The notes under the pieces were generated by a model that worked only from the letters and a program-made list of their open reading frames with translations, ran no database searches and was not told where the DNA came from. The position numbers and the translations under genes are program-made. Positions 1-10,948 of a DNA stretch of 64,000 nucleotides are shown here, piece by piece (position 1 is the stretch's first letter; every line of letters starts with the position of its first letter). Origin of the DNA: a virus; IMG/VR virus record IMGVR_UViG_3300046457_000143, positions 13,935 to 77,934 of that record. One strand, written 5' to 3'.

Positions 1-879
1 AACGGGCTGATCGAGCACAAGTATCCGGAGATCCCGCAATCCGCACTCACCATGGTCCAGTTCATGAACCAGGATGCGGAAGCACTCACCGGCGTGAAGA
101 GCTTCAGTGGCGGGGTGTCCGGTGCAGCGTATGGTGATGTGGCAGCCGGCATCAAGGGTGCGCTCGACGCATCGGCCAAGCGGGAGATGGCCATTCTCCG
201 GCGACTCGCCAAGGGCATGAGCCAGATAGGCGACAAGATCATCGCCATGAATGGCGCCTTCATGTCGGAAGAGGAGACCGTCCAGGTCACCGCCGACGAG
301 TTTGTGACGGTGCGCCGGGATGAGCTGATCGGCAACTTCGATCTGATCGTGGACATCTCCACGGCTGAGGTGGACAACCAGCAGTCGCAGGATCTGGCGT
401 TCATGTTGCAGACGCTTGGACCGAAGGCCGACTGGAGCTTCACGGCGATGATCCTCTCCGAGATCGCACGTCTGAAGAGAATGCCGGAACTGGCCAAGAA
501 GATTGCCGCGTTCAAGCCACAGCCCGATCCGATGCAGCAGCAGTTGCTGCAGATGCAGATCGACAAGGAGAAGAGCGAGATCGACAAGAACAACGCTCAG
601 GCCGAACTCTATCGTGCGCAGGCCAAGGCTGCTTCGGCTGTGGGCGACAAGACGAACCTCGACTTCGTCGAACAGGAAACCGGCACCAAGCACGCTCGGG
701 ACATGGAAAAGCAGTCGGCCCAGGCCGAAGCCAACCAGAACCTGGAAGTCACCAAGTCCCTGCTCAAGCCAAGAAAGCAGGCCAATGGTGGCGAGTCACG
801 GCCGGATGTGCCGGCCGCCGTCGGCTACAACGCTCTTTCACGGGCACAAAGCGGCGTTCCTGCTGGACAACCTGGCTAG
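1..879 (+). CDS. Portal protein, C-terminal part (N4 gp59-like); gene starts before the window
   Basis: Frame is open from base 1; [20 protein letters not shown] and [11 protein letters not shown] segments resemble N4-type portals; lies upstream of the capsid gene as in N4. Confidence 0.88.
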   Translation, partial: NGLIEHKYPEIPQSALTMVQFMNQDAEALTGVKSFSGGVSGAAYGDVAAGIKGALDASAKREMAILRRLAKGMSQIGDKIIAMNGAFMSEEETVQVTADEFVTVRRDELIGNFDLIVDISTAEVDNQQSQDLAFMLQTLGPKADWSFTAMILSEIARLKRMPELAKKIAAFKPQPDPMQQQLLQMQIDKEKSEIDKNNAQAELYRAQAKAASAVGDKTNLDFVEQETGTKHARDMEKQSAQAEANQNLEVTKSLLKPRKQANGGESRPDVPAAVGYNALSRAQSGVPAGQPG

Positions 880-988
880 GAAACTCCTACAATCCTCACG
901 TTATGTTTGGGGTCGCACATACAGGGCGGCCCCATTCATACGGGGACTTTTACGGATCAACCCTCAACCTATCTTTTAGAGAGCATCC

Positions 989-1357
989 ATGCACTTCACA
1001 AGCCAGCTCCAGGAACTCGAACAGGCTCTGGAAACCGCCAAGAAAAATGTCGCCCTGCGTGACGCCCTGCTGAAATTGCAGGGCAACAAGGATTTCAAGA
1101 AGCTCGTGACCGAGACCTACCTGGTCAACGCAGCTGCCGACTTCGCCCGTCAGTCGGGTGATCCGGCGATGGGTGAGCGCCAGCGTGCGGACGCACTGGC
1201 CATGGCGCAGGCACCGGGCCACTTCAAGCGCTTCATGCACCTGGTCTTCGCACAGGGCCAGCAGTCGGAAGCGGATATCCCCGAGCTGGAACGCAGCATC
1301 GAGTTTGTCCAGAGCGGTGGCAACCTCGACGATCAAGACGAAAACGATCAGGAGTAA
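989..1357 (+). CDS. Hypothetical protein (N4 gp58-like position)
   Basis: 122-aa ORF with GAGAG RBS and phage codon usage, between portal and gp57-like gene. Confidence 0.7.
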   Translation: MHFTSQLQELEQALETAKKNVALRDALLKLQGNKDFKKLVTETYLVNAAADFARQSGDPAMGERQRADALAMAQAPGHFKRFMHLVFAQGQQSEADIPELERSIEFVQSGGNLDDQDENDQE

Positions 1358-1361
1358 CTAG

Positions 1362-2660
1362 ATGCCACTCGCAGCGGGCCAGAACCCGCTGGAGTTGAGC
1401 GATGAGGATTTCCTGAAAGAGATGGGAGCCGGCTTCTCTGGCTCCACGACTCAAGCAACCGAGTCCGTTCAGGAAACCCCCACCGCTAACCCCAGCGAAG
1501 AGGCAGCGGTTGCCTCGACTGAAACCAAAGTCGAAACCCCCGAAACGAAAGTTGAACCGACTCCGGCTGAAGTAGAAGCGAAGTCGGATGTTGCATCTAC
1601 GCAAGAGACCACTGGTAAACAGGGTGCGAATGATGTTAACGTTCAACCCAATCTGGAGTCGAAGGAAAGCAAGCAGGGCGAAGCAGCTGCAAGTGATACT
1701 GCAACCAAGCCGGCAGGTAAGGAGCAGGGCACCCAGGACACGTCGAAAGTCGCTGAGACCACCGACAAGTCAGCCGAGTCCGACAGCACTGTCGACTACA
1801 AAGCGTTTTACGACCGGGTGATGACGCCCTTCAAGGCAAACGGCAAAACGATTGAGCTTCGCAATCTTGACGAAGCGATCAGCCTGATGCAGATGGGGGC
1901 GAACTACACCCGCAAGATGCAGGACATGGCGCCGCATCGCAAGACCCTGCTGATGCTCGAAAATGCGCAGCTGACGGATCCGGACAAGTTGTCGTTCTTG
2001 ATCGATATCAACAACGGCGACCCCAAGGCGATCCAGAAGCTGCTCAAGGACAAGGGAGTCGATCCCCTGTCGATCGACACCAGCGAAGATTCAAACTACC
2101 TTGGCGGAAATCACAAGGTCAGTGATGAAGAAGCGAACTTTCGCACCCACCTCGACGACCTCAGTTCGCACGAGAATGGCAAAGCGACGCTTCAGACCAT
2201 CAACTCGACATGGGATCAGGCTTCTAAGGATGTGCTGTGGAAAGAGCCACAGGTCATGCTGGCCATTCACCAGCAGCGCGAGAACGGGATCTATGCCCGC
2301 ATCGAAGCTGAGGTGGCGCGTCAGAAGACTCTGGGCCATGTTCCAGCTGATCTGCCGTTCATCAATGCCTACAAGGTGGTTGGTGATGCGATGGATGCGG
2401 CAGGCGCCTTCAAAGACCTGGTAGCTCAAGCTCCCGCCCAGAAGACTCCTGCCACACCCACTGCGACGACTCCCGAGACCAAGGTCTCCAAGGAGCCGGT
2501 AGCAACTCGTGTCGTCACTCCCAAGTCGGCTGCGGCTAACGCAGATCAGGCCGGTGCTGCTGCGGCAACGCGCAGTACCCCTCGTGAAGCAAAGCCTGTC
2601 ATGAATCCCCTCGCCATGTCGGATGAGGAGTTCTTGAAGCAGATGAAAAACCGGCTCTGA
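1362..2660 (+). CDS. N4 gp57-like head morphogenesis protein (possible scaffold)
   Basis: PFKANGK...LMQMGANYTRKMQ core, low-complexity acidic arms, directly upstream of the major capsid gene. Confidence 0.75.
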   Translation: MPLAAGQNPLELSDEDFLKEMGAGFSGSTTQATESVQETPTANPSEEAAVASTETKVETPETKVEPTPAEVEAKSDVASTQETTGKQGANDVNVQPNLESKESKQGEAAASDTATKPAGKEQGTQDTSKVAETTDKSAESDSTVDYKAFYDRVMTPFKANGKTIELRNLDEAISLMQMGANYTRKMQDMAPHRKTLLMLENAQLTDPDKLSFLIDINNGDPKAIQKLLKDKGVDPLSIDTSEDSNYLGGNHKVSDEEANFRTHLDDLSSHENGKATLQTINSTWDQASKDVLWKEPQVMLAIHQQRENGIYARIEAEVARQKTLGHVPADLPFINAYKVVGDAMDAAGAFKDLVAQAPAQKTPATPTATTPETKVSKEPVATRVVTPKSAAANADQAGAAAATRSTPREAKPVMNPLAMSDEEFLKQMKNRL

Positions 2661-2674
2661 TAAGGGATTGACCC

Positions 2675-3910
2675 ATGCCATTGAACTATAACGCCCCGGC
2701 CGACGGGACAAAGTCGAGCATCGACGGCGCTGGTTCCGACCAGATGCAAACCTTCATGTGGCTCAAGCAGTCACTGGTGACCGCACGCAAGGAGCAGTAT
2801 TTCATGCCCCTGGCGAGCGTCACGAACATGCCGAAGAACTTCGGCAAGAAGCTCAAGGTGTACGAGTACATCCCGCTGCTCGACGACCGCAACATCAACG
2901 ATCAGGGTCTCGACGCTGCAGGCGCCACCTACGCTGGCGGCAACCTGTACGGTTCGTCCAAGGACGTGGGCAAGATCACGGCGAAGCTGCCGCACCTGAC
3001 CGAAAACGGCGGCCGTGTGAACCGTGTCGGTTTCACCCGTATCGAGCGCGAAGGTACGTTCCACAAGTTCGGCTTCTTCTACGAGTGGACGCAGGAGTCG
3101 ATGGACTTCGACTCGGATCCGGAACTGGCCCAGCATCTGGCCACGGAACTGATGAACGGCGCCGTGCAGATGACGGAAGCCCAGCTCCAGATGGACCTGC
3201 TCGCCGCTCCTGGTGTGGTCATGTTTGCGGGCGCCGCAACGTCGAAGGCCACGGTGACGGGTGAAGTCGTGCCGGCTGCCGGTGGCAACCCGGAAATCCC
3301 GGCCTCGGTGGTGTCGTACAAGAACCTGTCGCGTCTGGACCAGATCCTGACCGACAACCGTTCGCCCACCTCGGTGACGATCATCACGGGTTCGCGCCTG
3401 GTCGACACGCAGACGCTCGGCGCACGCCGTGTGATGTATATCGGCTCGGAACTCGTGCCGGCGCTCGAAGCGATGACCGACCTGTTCGGCAATCCGGCGT
3501 TCGTGCCGATCCAGAAATACGGCGATGCCGGCACGCTGATGAATGGCGAGATCGGTGCGATCGGCAAGTGGCGCTTCATCCAGGTGCCGGAAATGCTGCA
3601 CTGGGCAGGCGCTGGTGCAGCGGCGACGGATGCGAATCCGGGCTACCGCACCTCGATGGTTGGCGGCACGGAGCACTACGACGTGTTCCCGATGCTCACC
3701 ATCGGTGACGACTCGTTCACGACCATCGGCTTCCAGACGGACGGCAAGACGGTCAAGTTCAACGTCATCACCAAGATGCCGGGCAAGGACACGGCCGACA
3801 AGACCGATCCGTACGGCGAACAGGGTTTCAGCTCGATGAAGTGGTACTACGGCATTCTCATCAAGCGCCCGGAACGTCTCGGCATCATCTACACGGTCGC
3901 ACCGGAATAA
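2675..3910 (+). CDS. Major capsid protein (N4 gp56 family)
   Basis: 411 aa; [27 protein letters not shown] and [16 protein letters not shown] motifs; strong codon bias. Confidence 0.95.
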   Translation: MPLNYNAPADGTKSSIDGAGSDQMQTFMWLKQSLVTARKEQYFMPLASVTNMPKNFGKKLKVYEYIPLLDDRNINDQGLDAAGATYAGGNLYGSSKDVGKITAKLPHLTENGGRVNRVGFTRIEREGTFHKFGFFYEWTQESMDFDSDPELAQHLATELMNGAVQMTEAQLQMDLLAAPGVVMFAGAATSKATVTGEVVPAAGGNPEIPASVVSYKNLSRLDQILTDNRSPTSVTIITGSRLVDTQTLGARRVMYIGSELVPALEAMTDLFGNPAFVPIQKYGDAGTLMNGEIGAIGKWRFIQVPEMLHWAGAGAAATDANPGYRTSMVGGTEHYDVFPMLTIGDDSFTTIGFQTDGKTVKFNVITKMPGKDTADKTDPYGEQGFSSMKWYYGILIKRPERLGIIYTVAPE

Positions 3911-4002
3911 AGCCGGCGTGAAGCACTGAACCAGGAGGAAGGAGATTGTCCCCACAGTCTCTTTCCCTCTGGCTCCAAGTATCTGGAACCCAAGGAAAAG
4001 CC

Positions 4003-4653
4003 ATGAGTACCCTGAACGAAGACCTGGACGGCGAGAACGCGCAGGACGACCAGCTCACCGAAGCTGATGAACTCAAGTTGCTGAAAGAGCGTGCCACGCT
4101 GATGGGCATCAAGTTCAGCAACAACATCTCGGTCGCCACCCTCAAGGAGAAGATCGAGGAACGCATGTCGGGCACCACGAAGAGCGAAGCTCCGGAGCCG
4201 CAGGTCAAAGCCAATCCGCTGGCAGGTGAAGAGACCCCGGCTGATGGTCAGCCTGTCAAACGCAAGTCGCTGCGCCGGTACCTGCACGACGAGGAGATGA
4301 AGCTCCTTCGCGTGCGTATCACCTGCATGGACCCGAAGAAAGCGGATCTGCACGGTGAAGTGCTGTGTGTCTCCAACGAGTATCTCGGCAACGTGAAGAA
4401 GTTCATTCCCTACGGTGAAGCAACCGAGGGTGGCTTCCACATCGAGAACTGCCTGTACAAGACGCTGCGTGACCGGGAATTCCTGCAGGTCCGCACGCTC
4501 AAGGGCGACAAGTCCAACGGCATGACGCCGCGCATCGAGACGAAATGGGTGCGTGAATTCGCCATCGAAGTCCTGCCGCCGCTCACGCCCCAGGAGCTCG
4601 CGGACCTGAAGGTTGCACAGATCGCTGCCGGTAGCCTCGACGCGGCGAAATAA
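4003..4653 (+). CDS. N4 gp55-like protein
   Basis: LKERATLMGIKFSNNI and LRVRITCMDPKK motifs; AAGGA RBS before ATG 4003; synteny. Confidence 0.75.
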   Translation: MSTLNEDLDGENAQDDQLTEADELKLLKERATLMGIKFSNNISVATLKEKIEERMSGTTKSEAPEPQVKANPLAGEETPADGQPVKRKSLRRYLHDEEMKLLRVRITCMDPKKADLHGEVLCVSNEYLGNVKKFIPYGEATEGGFHIENCLYKTLRDREFLQVRTLKGDKSNGMTPRIETKWVREFAIEVLPPLTPQELADLKVAQIAAGSLDAAK

Positions 4654-4671
4654 AGCTCACGCCCCAACGGG

Positions 4672-4700
4672 AAGCCCGTCCAGATATGGGCGGGCTTTTT
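4672..4700 (+). terminator. Intrinsic terminator
   Basis: AAGCCCGTCCA-GATA-TGGGCGGGCTT stem followed by a T-run. Confidence 0.8.
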
Positions 4701-4723
4701 GTTTCTGAACCAGGAAAAACAAG

Positions 4724-5605
4724 ATGGCTACTTACGGTATCGATACCGACGCAAACCTGCTGTACACCCTGCTGCTGTCGGCTGAACACATCACCGTCCC
4801 GACGCTGGATCTCACCGCTCCCGTGTTCAACATTCCGGGTGACAACACCTCGGGTGCCTACCAGCAGATCAACCCGCTCACCAATGCGGACATGACGGCC
4901 GGCGCCATCGACGGTACCGGCACGTTCGACGTGCTGATGCAGGGCATGAAGGCGCAGCTGCGTGAAGAGTTCGAGAAGGGCCGCATTACCGGCGCCGAGT
5001 ACACGAAGGCCTATGTCGCCCTGGTGCAGAGCACGATGCAGTTCGCCGTGCAGTACCTGCTCGGCCGGGATCAGGCCTACTGGCAGTCGGTGCTGGCCCA
5101 GTCGCAGGCAATCACTGCCCGTGTGGGCCTCGAGCAGGCCAAGATTCAGGCGTTCACCGCCCAGGTCGAGGCACGCAATGCCACGGCAGCGCTCGCCCTG
5201 ACCAAGGCCAAGCTCGGCACGGAAGACGCACAGTTCGGCCAGCTCAAGTACCAGATCGACAACCTGCTGCCGGCCCAGCTCACGCAGGTGCAGGCCCAGA
5301 CCCAGGTGACGAACAAGCAGGTGGCGCTCGTGGGTGAGCAGACCGAAGTGCAGCGTGCGCAGACGCTCGATGTGCGTACCGACGGCCAGACGGTGGCGGG
5401 TGCGCTCGGCAAGCAGAAGCAGCTCTACACCCAGCAGATCACGAGCTACCAGCGTGATGCGGAAGTGAAGGCGGCCAAGATCTTCAGCGATGCGTGGATC
5501 ACGATGAAGACGATCGACGAAGGCATCACTGCACCGGCAGGCTTCTCCAACAGTTCGGTGGATACCGTGCTCACCGCGCTCAAGACCAACAACGGACTGG
5601 GCTGA
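4724..5605 (+). CDS. N4 gp54-like virion structural protein
   Basis: GTGTFDVLM...RITGAEYTKAY and KAAKIFSDAW motifs; synteny. Confidence 0.8.
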   Translation: MATYGIDTDANLLYTLLLSAEHITVPTLDLTAPVFNIPGDNTSGAYQQINPLTNADMTAGAIDGTGTFDVLMQGMKAQLREEFEKGRITGAEYTKAYVALVQSTMQFAVQYLLGRDQAYWQSVLAQSQAITARVGLEQAKIQAFTAQVEARNATAALALTKAKLGTEDAQFGQLKYQIDNLLPAQLTQVQAQTQVTNKQVALVGEQTEVQRAQTLDVRTDGQTVAGALGKQKQLYTQQITSYQRDAEVKAAKIFSDAWITMKTIDEGITAPAGFSNSSVDTVLTALKTNNGLG

Positions 5606-5607
5606 TC

Positions 5608-8331
5608 ATGGGGAGCATCTTCAGCAGCGGGCCGACGACCGTCGTCTCCTCGACTGTTTACAACCTCGCCGGGGACGTGAACAAGCGGAGCAATTTTCTG
5701 AAGACCACGGTCATCAGCAATGTCGTTGGGGAATCCACCATGTCCATGGGGGAGTCGATCAACCGTGCATACCTGAATGGTCCCGCCATGAAGTTGCGCT
5801 CCTTCGCCCGGTGGGCGGAGGGCAGTGCTGACTACAACCATGTGATCGGCGCCGCTGCCGGGCGGATCACCACAGGCAACTCGCTGGATGTGAATGAGCT
5901 GGCCCGCCAGATCCCGCATGACGCTGGCTACACGGTGTCCCTGCAGCAGAGCGATCTGGGGCCGGCCGACAGTGCGTGGTGGGCTGACCAGTACGTGGCG
6001 GAGCATCATCCTGAACGCCTGCTGACCGACTGGCATGCGGACTATGACGTGCCGTCCAACACGGTCACGATCACCTACGCGGACCACACCACCGAAACGT
6101 TTCACCCGGTCGGGCTGGACATGAATGCCCGGTACATCTTTGCGGCCTACACCCTGATCACGGGCAAGGCAGTCGGGGCTGTGACGCCGGGCAATACCGT
6201 TTCCCTTGGCTCCGCTGGCAGCTTTCCGGCGACGGCCGGCTGGACGCTCGATTCGAACCTGGCTACCAGCAAGGTGGTGAACCTGCGCAAGACCGTGACA
6301 CGGGTCGTCAGCTACTCGGATGGCCGTCCGGTCGAAACCAGCACCACGGTCGACACAACCAGCATGACCTATGCCGAGACGCATACGGTCTACGAAAGGA
6401 CGGACTTCAAGGGCATTGATCTGGCCAACCCCACCCGGACCTACTCGATCCGCTCGATCATGAGCCAGGACCAGACGGTCAGTGCCGTGGCGGGGGCGCC
6501 TTCCGTGGCCACGATGACGGACACGGCAGGCGGTGGGGTGACCCAGACGATCACGATCACCACCGTGGTGGAGTCGGCCAGGTTCGCCCGGTCCTACCGC
6601 ATTGACACGCAGGACATCACGAACAACACGATCTCCCCGGTCAAGGTGTTCATCTACCAGCTCGGTGCGGGCAATGCCGTGCTCGATGCAATGTTCAACC
6701 TGCCCGTCCAGTTCGGCTCGTTCTTCCCGTACATCCCGATCCGGATCAATAACCAGTTTGTCTCCGAGTCCTATCTGCCCGATGTCTATGCGATTGCAAA
6801 GAAGGCCTACAAGAAGTCAGTAGGAGGTCAACTGGACGACACCATCGCCCAGATCGCAGACAACGCCTCCATTGGCGATATCGACTACACCTATGCGGTG
6901 TTCGGCGTCTCCCTGAACGTGGCGGAAGTGAAGTGCAAGAGCTACATCTACACGTTCTTCAAGGCGATCATGGAGTCCCAGTCGTATGACAGCCGGGCCT
7001 ATGAGCGATGGAAGACTGACTGGAATGATGCCAAGGCCTCATGGGAAGCCTATGGCGCATGGTTGAGAGCCAACTGGGGGACGGGTACCGACAATGTGGC
7101 CACCATGCCGCAGATACGGCCGTACCCGTCACTGCCGCAGCAGTCGGTGAGTATGTATGTCCCGGCTGACTCCCCGATGAACTACAACATCCAGATGTTC
7201 TGGAACAGTGTTGAAGAGTCGACCGGTGCCGGCATGCACTCGCCGGATCACGCAGTGGGGGACATGTGGTGGGTGATCAACCCGACCGAGAGTTTCGACC
7301 AGACCACCTACTTTGTTGGGGACTCGGACATCGTTCCCTACGTCGATGCGATCAGGGTCGAGTCGGTGACCCTGTATTCCCAGGTCAGTGCGAACAACTG
7401 GACAGCGCTCACGCTGCGCGGACTGGTGCACCGCAACCTGATCTATGGGGGCAATGCAGTCTTCACTTCCGCTGTGGATGCGCTCAACGACAGGGAAGAG
7501 TCTGGCTTCATCATTCCCCTGCAGGAAGATATCTACCGCACGACGCCGCTGGTGGATGCTACCCAGATGGCCACGGCCTGCTGCTATCTCGTCTTCAACT
7601 GCTACAAGGTGGTGAAGAAGAAGTGGTACCAGACGGGGCTGTTTACCGTGATCATCATCATCGTCATTATCATCATCACGTGGCTGACGTGGGGTAGTGG
7701 CACCGGCCCAGCCTCGGCCGGGTTGCTCGGCACCAATGCCGGGGTGGGTGCGGCGCTCGGCTTTACCGGCACCCTGGCGATCGTGGTCGGCGCCATTGTC
7801 AATGCGGTCGCTGCGATGGTGCTGGTGAAGCTGATCGGTGTGGCTGCGGACAAGATCTTCGGTGAGAAGATCGGCTCTATCGTGGGCGCCATAGCAGCCG
7901 TGGTGGCCATCGTGGTTGGCACCAGTTACGCCAATAGCGGCAACTGGACCACTGCCATGTCCTCACTCACCAGTCCTTCCAACCTGCTCCAGCTCACCAG
8001 TGCTGTGGCAGGGGGTGTGTCTGGCTACATCGGTTCCGAGACACAGGACATAATTAAAGAGACCAGCGATATGCTGGAGTCGTACAATGAAAAGATGGCG
8101 GATGTGCAGGATGCCTATCAAGCCACCGGCATGACTGACCTCGCACAGTTCGACCCCATGCAGCTCACGGATGCCGGTGCCCCGAAGCGGCCCGATCACA
8201 TCTACGAGCCAGCAGCCAGCTTCCTCAACAGAACACTGATGACCGGTAGCGACATTGCGGACCTGCAGAACATGCTGATCTCGCAATTCACGTCATTGAC
8301 TCTGGACCCCAATCAGAACCTCGTTACCTGA
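5608..8331 (+). CDS. N4 gp53-like virion protein with C-terminal hydrophobic segments
   Basis: Starts MGSIFSSGPTTVVSSTVYNLAGD; KKKWYQTGLF followed by long hydrophobic helices; synteny. Confidence 0.8.
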   Translation: MGSIFSSGPTTVVSSTVYNLAGDVNKRSNFLKTTVISNVVGESTMSMGESINRAYLNGPAMKLRSFARWAEGSADYNHVIGAAAGRITTGNSLDVNELARQIPHDAGYTVSLQQSDLGPADSAWWADQYVAEHHPERLLTDWHADYDVPSNTVTITYADHTTETFHPVGLDMNARYIFAAYTLITGKAVGAVTPGNTVSLGSAGSFPATAGWTLDSNLATSKVVNLRKTVTRVVSYSDGRPVETSTTVDTTSMTYAETHTVYERTDFKGIDLANPTRTYSIRSIMSQDQTVSAVAGAPSVATMTDTAGGGVTQTITITTVVESARFARSYRIDTQDITNNTISPVKVFIYQLGAGNAVLDAMFNLPVQFGSFFPYIPIRINNQFVSESYLPDVYAIAKKAYKKSVGGQLDDTIAQIADNASIGDIDYTYAVFGVSLNVAEVKCKSYIYTFFKAIMESQSYDSRAYERWKTDWNDAKASWEAYGAWLRANWGTGTDNVATMPQIRPYPSLPQQSVSMYVPADSPMNYNIQMFWNSVEESTGAGMHSPDHAVGDMWWVINPTESFDQTTYFVGDSDIVPYVDAIRVESVTLYSQVSANNWTALTLRGLVHRNLIYGGNAVFTSAVDALNDREESGFIIPLQEDIYRTTPLVDATQMATACCYLVFNCYKVVKKKWYQTGLFTVIIIIVIIIITWLTWGSGTGPASAGLLGTNAGVGAALGFTGTLAIVVGAIVNAVAAMVLVKLIGVAADKIFGEKIGSIVGAIAAVVAIVVGTSYANSGNWTTAMSSLTSPSNLLQLTSAVAGGVSGYIGSETQDIIKETSDMLESYNEKMADVQDAYQATGMTDLAQFDPMQLTDAGAPKRPDHIYEPAASFLNRTLMTGSDIADLQNMLISQFTSLTLDPNQNLVT

Positions 8332-8341
8332 CAGGTGCTCT

Positions 8342-8791
8342 ATGGCATTGCCGCAAACCTATAACTTCGGACAGGGCGATAACGTCACGCCCTACCCGTT
8401 CCAGATGCCGGCCGGCTCCGGCCAGCCGTGGGACTTCAGTGGTATCAATTCCTACGGCATGGGTGGCACGCCCACGCTCGGGGCGAATGCTGCCGGTACG
8501 ATTGCCGGCGCTACCCCCAAGGGTTTTTTCGACGGATCCGGTCTCGGCATGAACCTGCCGACGCTGCAACTCGGGCTGGACACCGTCGGCAAGCTCGGCA
8601 GTCTCTACGCCGGTATCTCGGCGCTGGGCCTGGCCAAAGACCAGTTTGGCTTCCAGAAAAACATGGCCGAGAAGAACTACACCAACTCGGTCTCGAGCTA
8701 CAACACGTCGCTGGAAGACCGGGCCAATGCCCGTGCTTCGGTGGACGGCTCCAATGCCGCGGCGTACATCGCTGCCCACAAACTCACGTAA
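8342..8791 (+). CDS. N4 gp52-like small ejection/structural protein
   Basis: 149 aa, Gly-rich; LAKDQFGFQK...SYNTSLEDR motif. Confidence 0.75.
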   Translation: MALPQTYNFGQGDNVTPYPFQMPAGSGQPWDFSGINSYGMGGTPTLGANAAGTIAGATPKGFFDGSGLGMNLPTLQLGLDTVGKLGSLYAGISALGLAKDQFGFQKNMAEKNYTNSVSSYNTSLEDRANARASVDGSNAAAYIAAHKLT

Positions 8792-8800
8792 GGAGAAGCC

Positions 8801-10900
8801 ATGGCTGTCCTGACCTGGCGCAACGTGGATGCGCCCTCGGATCGCGGCAACTCGGCCATCAATGGGCTGACTGCTGCGGCCAACCTGTTCAATACCGGTG
8901 CCTCGGGCATCGGGGATGCGATCGGCAACTTCGGCAAGGCGCAAACCACGCTGGCCAACAACGCTGCCGTGCAGGCTGCATCCCGGCTTCAGGATGCAGA
9001 CCAGCTGAAGGCTGCACTCGCTGACGGCTCGCTTCTGTCGGGCCTTCAGGGAGTGGATCCTTCCCGTGTCGATGCGGCAACGGTGGGCGACATCAACACC
9101 CGTGTGTCGAACCTGCTGCTTGACCGTGGCCGGGATCTGAACAACCAGACCACGTCTCAAGCCCTGCATGACACCCAGTACACGCAGAACCGGCTGGAGA
9201 CGAATAACGCACTGACCGACGCAGCCCGTCCTGCACTAAATGCACTCTTTCTCGCCTCGAAGAGCCGGGATCCGAAAGCGATTGCTGCGGCGCAGGCTGA
9301 TCCGGCTCTGGCCCAGTTGCCGTCTGATGTGCTTACGAAGTTCCTGACGGATGCAACCGCCCAGGAACAGGGCCGGGCATCACTCACCGGAACCGATCTC
9401 ACGAACCGGGGAACGGGAATCAGCAATGATGCCCGTGCGCTCGACCTCAAGATCAACCAGCGCAATGACGCTGCGCAGCAGGGTGCGCTTCAGGTCATGA
9501 ACCAGCTCCGGGATGCAGCCTCCGGAGGTGAGGCACTCTCGCAGTACAGCAGCATCGCCAACTCGCTCGATCCGCAGGTGGCGGCAAGCGTGCGGGCACA
9601 GCTCGAGCAGCGCTGGGGTCCGATCTTCGGCGGTGGCAGCGGAGCAGGTTCTTCCCCTGGCTCAGGTGGTACGGGCGCGGCCGGCTCCATTGCAGGTGCA
9701 GCCGGTGGTGGACTGGCCCCGCTTGGCGGTGCACCGCTCGCTGTGGGTGATGCTGGCACGGCTACGGGTGGCGAGTACAACGTCACCTTCGGCTACAAGA
9801 AGACTGATGTGCCGATCACCTCGATGTCGATTGGCGATCTGACGAAGAAGGGTGGACTGCAGGATCAGATGATCAATGATCCGAGCCTGAAGAACTCACC
9901 CATTGGTAAATATCAGATCAACAAGGAGACACTGCTCGACTTTGCTGGCCGGCTCGGTATCAAGCCGGGCACGAAGTTCACGCCTGACGTGCAGGACCAG
10001 CTGGGCGAGGCGATCTTCAATGATCGCAAGTCGCAGGATCTGTCCAAGACCTGGGAATCGTTGAAGAATATCCCCGGTGCCAGTACACCGGGTGCGTTCA
10101 AGAACAAGTCCTGGGCCGAGGTCAAGGACTTCATCGCACAGCAGGAAGGCACGGCCAAGGCCCAGACGGCGGCTGAAGTGCGCAACGAAGGCAAGACGCT
10201 GCTCGACAGTCTGGCGAACCTGAAGATCAACCAGGGCCAGAAGATCCAGCTGAACCAGGCCAACGGTGTGGAGAAGGCACTGGCTGTCTCCCGCACGGGA
10301 GATGCCGGCAGCGAGGCCAGCAACCTGATCACTACCGTGCCGGCATTCAAGGGTGCGGACGCCGGGTGGCTTACGGACGAGATCAACACCGTGATGAAGC
10401 GGGGGAACTTCACTGCTCCGCAGGCGGCAACGCTCATCCAGCAGCACCTGAAGTCGAACCAGGGGACGCTGGCCAACTTTGCCGACAGGGTACGCACACT
10501 GGGTGGCCTCACTGATGGCTTCACGGGCACGGACGCTTCGCCCAATCTGCCAAGTGGTCAGCGTATCAATGACCGTGCCTTGCTGGCAGCAGCTGACTCG
10601 AATGCCCAGGGTCAGGGTGTGGCACAGCTTGCCCAGACGCAGGGCATGCAGGCAACCCAGGCGCAGGTCGATGCAGCCAATGTCGCGCTCCAGCAGGCAC
10701 AGGAGCAGTTGATCAATGCCCGCCAGCGGGCGGCCGCCAACCCGAACTGGAAGGGCTTGGCGGACTATGAAGCGCAGTACCGGCAGGCTATTATCCAGGC
10801 CCGACTGCTTCTTGCTGGTGGTGCCAACAATGCCCCTGTAAACTTGGTGCCAGGCTACAACGATCAAGCAGCACGCAGAGCAGCGGCAACCGTCCGCTGA
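8801..10900 (+). CDS. N4 gp51-like ejection protein with internal lysozyme-like domain
   Basis: Starts MAVLTWRNVDAP; Ala/Gln-rich; internal YNV..G / GKYQI / FTPDVQD / WESL motifs of lambda-R-like transglycosylases; upstream of vRNAP. Confidence 0.75.
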   Translation: MAVLTWRNVDAPSDRGNSAINGLTAAANLFNTGASGIGDAIGNFGKAQTTLANNAAVQAASRLQDADQLKAALADGSLLSGLQGVDPSRVDAATVGDINTRVSNLLLDRGRDLNNQTTSQALHDTQYTQNRLETNNALTDAARPALNALFLASKSRDPKAIAAAQADPALAQLPSDVLTKFLTDATAQEQGRASLTGTDLTNRGTGISNDARALDLKINQRNDAAQQGALQVMNQLRDAASGGEALSQYSSIANSLDPQVAASVRAQLEQRWGPIFGGGSGAGSSPGSGGTGAAGSIAGAAGGGLAPLGGAPLAVGDAGTATGGEYNVTFGYKKTDVPITSMSIGDLTKKGGLQDQMINDPSLKNSPIGKYQINKETLLDFAGRLGIKPGTKFTPDVQDQLGEAIFNDRKSQDLSKTWESLKNIPGASTPGAFKNKSWAEVKDFIAQQEGTAKAQTAAEVRNEGKTLLDSLANLKINQGQKIQLNQANGVEKALAVSRTGDAGSEASNLITTVPAFKGADAGWLTDEINTVMKRGNFTAPQAATLIQQHLKSNQGTLANFADRVRTLGGLTDGFTGTDASPNLPSGQRINDRALLAAADSNAQGQGVAQLAQTQGMQATQAQVDAANVALQQAQEQLINARQRAAANPNWKGLADYEAQYRQAIIQARLLLAGGANNAPVNLVPGYNDQAARRAAATVR

Positions 10901-10918
10901 TCATCTGAACTGTCAATG

Positions 10919-10948
10919 AAGCCTCATCCAGAAATGGGTGGGGCTTTT
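10919..10948 (+). terminator. Intrinsic terminator
   Basis: AAGCCTCATCCA-GAAA-TGGGTGGGGCTT-TT. Confidence 0.75.

Noticed and set aside
2771-3955. 394-aa - strand ORF opposite the capsid gene
   Set aside because: Antisense shadow of a highly biased gene
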